Positions 61,770 to 64,000 of a stretch of DNA of 64,000 nucleotides are shown here, in pieces. Under the pieces are notes generated by a model. It was given only the letters and a program-made list of their open reading frames with translations. It did no database searches and was not told where the DNA came from. The translations under genes and the position numbers were made by a program. The stretch lies in assembly GCF_006345805.1 (NCBI RefSeq), contig NC_043005.1:92442001-92506000 (forward strand), written 5' to 3'. This DNA comes from Octopus sinensis (lineage: Eukaryota). The stretch's first letter is position 1, and every line of letters begins with the position of its first letter.

Positions 61770-63715
61770 AATGAAATTATTGTATACAGTGCTCAGGTGC
61801 TCCACAACTTGTCAGAAAGTGCGTATAGAGTATATGCAGTAATGTACAAATGTCTAGAAAGCGAACAATGTATGAGTCAGATACATGCTTGTGTGTGTAT
61901 GGAGGGGAGAAAATCAGGTGTAGTGTTGGCAAATCTCAGAAAGCACGGAAGTTTTGAAGGATGCAGTGCTCCGACAACTAACAACTGATGCCGGCAGTTT
62001 GTTCCATGCTTCAGCAACTCTCAGCGTGAAAAAATGTTTCCTGAAGTCATGGGAGCTGTGCTGTTTTCTGACTTTGTAAATATGTCCACGGGTGTTAGAC
62101 GGGTGGAGTTTGAAAAGGTGCTCAGAGTTATTGTTTGTAAGATGGTTGATAATTTTATGGATGTCTGCCAAGTCAGCTGCCAGACGTCGGAGTTTCAATG
62201 TGTCCATGCCCAGGGAAGTAAGGCGTTCAGAATATGGCAAATGCCTGATGGAGGGTATTCTTTTGGTTGCACATCGCTGAACGGCTTCCAGACGATTCAT
62301 ATCCTGGGCAAGATAGGGGTTCCAGACCGGTGATGCAGATAGATAGTCGGAGAGCAGCTCACAAAGGATTTGGTGAGTGATGCCAAGACACCCTCAGCCT
62401 TCTTGACAATTTTAGCGATTTGTTTTGTCCAACGCAAATCACTGTCGACAATAACACCCAGGTCACGTTCACATGAAGACTTTTTGAGATTAGTGTTTCT
62501 CCTCCAAAAATGCATGGTGGTACATTTGCCCACAGCCAGCTTGAGTTGCCAGTCCATGATCCACTGCTGCATTGTGTCCAGGTCTGCTTGCAATAGAGAT
62601 CTATAGTGTACAGGATCTGACCTCTTTATTTCGAGGTACAGCTTGATGTCATCTGCATATTTCAGCACTGTGGCATTCTTTAAGTTGGCATCTATGTCAT
62701 TAACATAAGCAACAAATAAAAGGGGGCCAAGAACAGATCCCTGTGGTACACCAGATGTCATCTCATAGGGCGAAGAGTGCTGTCCTAGAACTGTGACAAC
62801 CTCGTTTCGGCCGAAAATAAAGGACTTCAACCAGTTATAGAGTTCGACTCCTATGCCCAGCGCAGAGGAGCTTCACCATAAGTCTTTTGTGTGGCACAGA
62901 GTTAAAAGCCTTAGCAAAGTTCAGGTAAACAACATCCACCCAGTATCCGCGATCAATGATTTGGGTAACGTCCTCAAGAAACTCAATGAGTTGATTACAG
63001 CAGCTGGAGCTAGGAATAAATCCAAATTGTGATGGCTGGATGAGGCTGTGAGACTTCCAGAAGTTCCAGAGGGTTTCCCTGATACAGGATTCCATCAGTT
63101 TGGTGATGCAGCTAGTAAGACTAACGGCGCGATAGTTGACAGGCGATGTGCGGTCACCTTTTTTGAACAGAGGGATAATACTGGCAGTTTTCCACTGCTC
63201 TGGAGTAACACCATTGTCAAGACAGAATTGGAAGAATAGAGAAAGTTGGCTTAGAAGAAAGTACCCACCGCGTTTGAGAAGTAGGTATGTAACACCATCG
63301 AGACCAGGAGAGGCATAATTGCGTTTATTCTTAAGGTGGCGTTGTAGCATTGCTGGTGTAAATTGCATAGTAGATATAGAGTCCGGTGTCAGTGGTGATG
63401 AAGATGGAACATTTTGGTCTTCGACAGTAAAGATGCCGGCATAGCATCCAACAATGATTTCTGCGCATTCTTCGGGATTGCCAGTAATCTGTCCTGTGTG
63501 GGGATTGCGAAGGGGACCAACTGGAGAGTGAAGTCTCTGCTTTGAGTGCACATACTTCCAGAACACTTTGCTGTCAGGGTTGGTTGCAATGTGTTGTTCA
63601 AATTCAAGTACTGCCTTTTTTGTCACCTGCTTGAGGTGGTTGGCTGACCTATTGCGCTTTTTCCTGTTGCTCTCTGATTTGTGCAATTTGTATTCCTGTT
63701 CAGCATTACGGCGTT
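61770..63715 (-). mobile_element. 5'-truncated CR1-clade LINE with frameshifted RT
   Basis: PGLDGV, IIPLFKKGDR..NYRAVSLTS, QFGF, FAKAFNSVPH, VPQGSVLGPLLF, YADDIKL. Three ORF pieces, flanked by (TA)n. Confidence 0.95.
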
Positions 63716-64000
63716 CTTTCTTTCTTTCTTTATATATATACTTTATTATATATACTTTCTATATATACTTTATTAAAAAGCAGCATAAATATCATAAAAA
63801 CTGTTACTCATTGTTTTTAGTTTCCGTTCGTCGGACAGTCTTGTTTATATATATAATTTTGCTTGACAAAATATTTTTCTGCCTAGTCGGCTTTCATTAT
63901 GATAAAGCTTTTGAAAATTTTCATCCTTTTCGTTAATTTGATACTGAACACGAATACATTCCGAGAATAAAGAATGTAAAAGAATAAATTTTCGAACAAA

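Overview
AT-rich, repeat-dense eukaryotic DNA; the microsatellite load and SINE/LINE repertoire suggest a cephalopod, probably Octopus (inference). I built three gene models by hand from GT-AG sites with consistent phases. (1) The 5' part of DEAD-box helicase DDX18 (minus strand; a probable 5'UTR exon plus 7 coding exons; the gene runs off the left edge). (2) A 7-exon, 338-aa CCDC89-like coiled-coil gene (plus strand), head-to-head with DDX18, its ATG 134 bp from the DDX18 exon-1 donor. (3) An intronless 414-aa B4GAT1 (minus strand) with a nearby pseudogenised 3' duplicate. The rest is transposon-derived: Tc1/mariner, piggyBac, pogo, hAT, Helentron-like, Ty3/Gypsy gag, RTE and CR1 LINEs, and several tRNA-derived SINE families. 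The most notable signal is absent from the ORF track: at least six sequence-unrelated families of minimal hammerhead-ribozyme motifs of the Penelope-like-element (PLE) type. They include G3:C8 and U3:A8 core covariants, a tRNA-headed element with inverted ribozyme arms, and a tandem pair 465 nt apart inside a 3.3-kb near-perfect inverted duplication in a CCDC89 intron. All ribozyme, gene and family calls are by-eye pattern matches; no database search or folding calculation was run.
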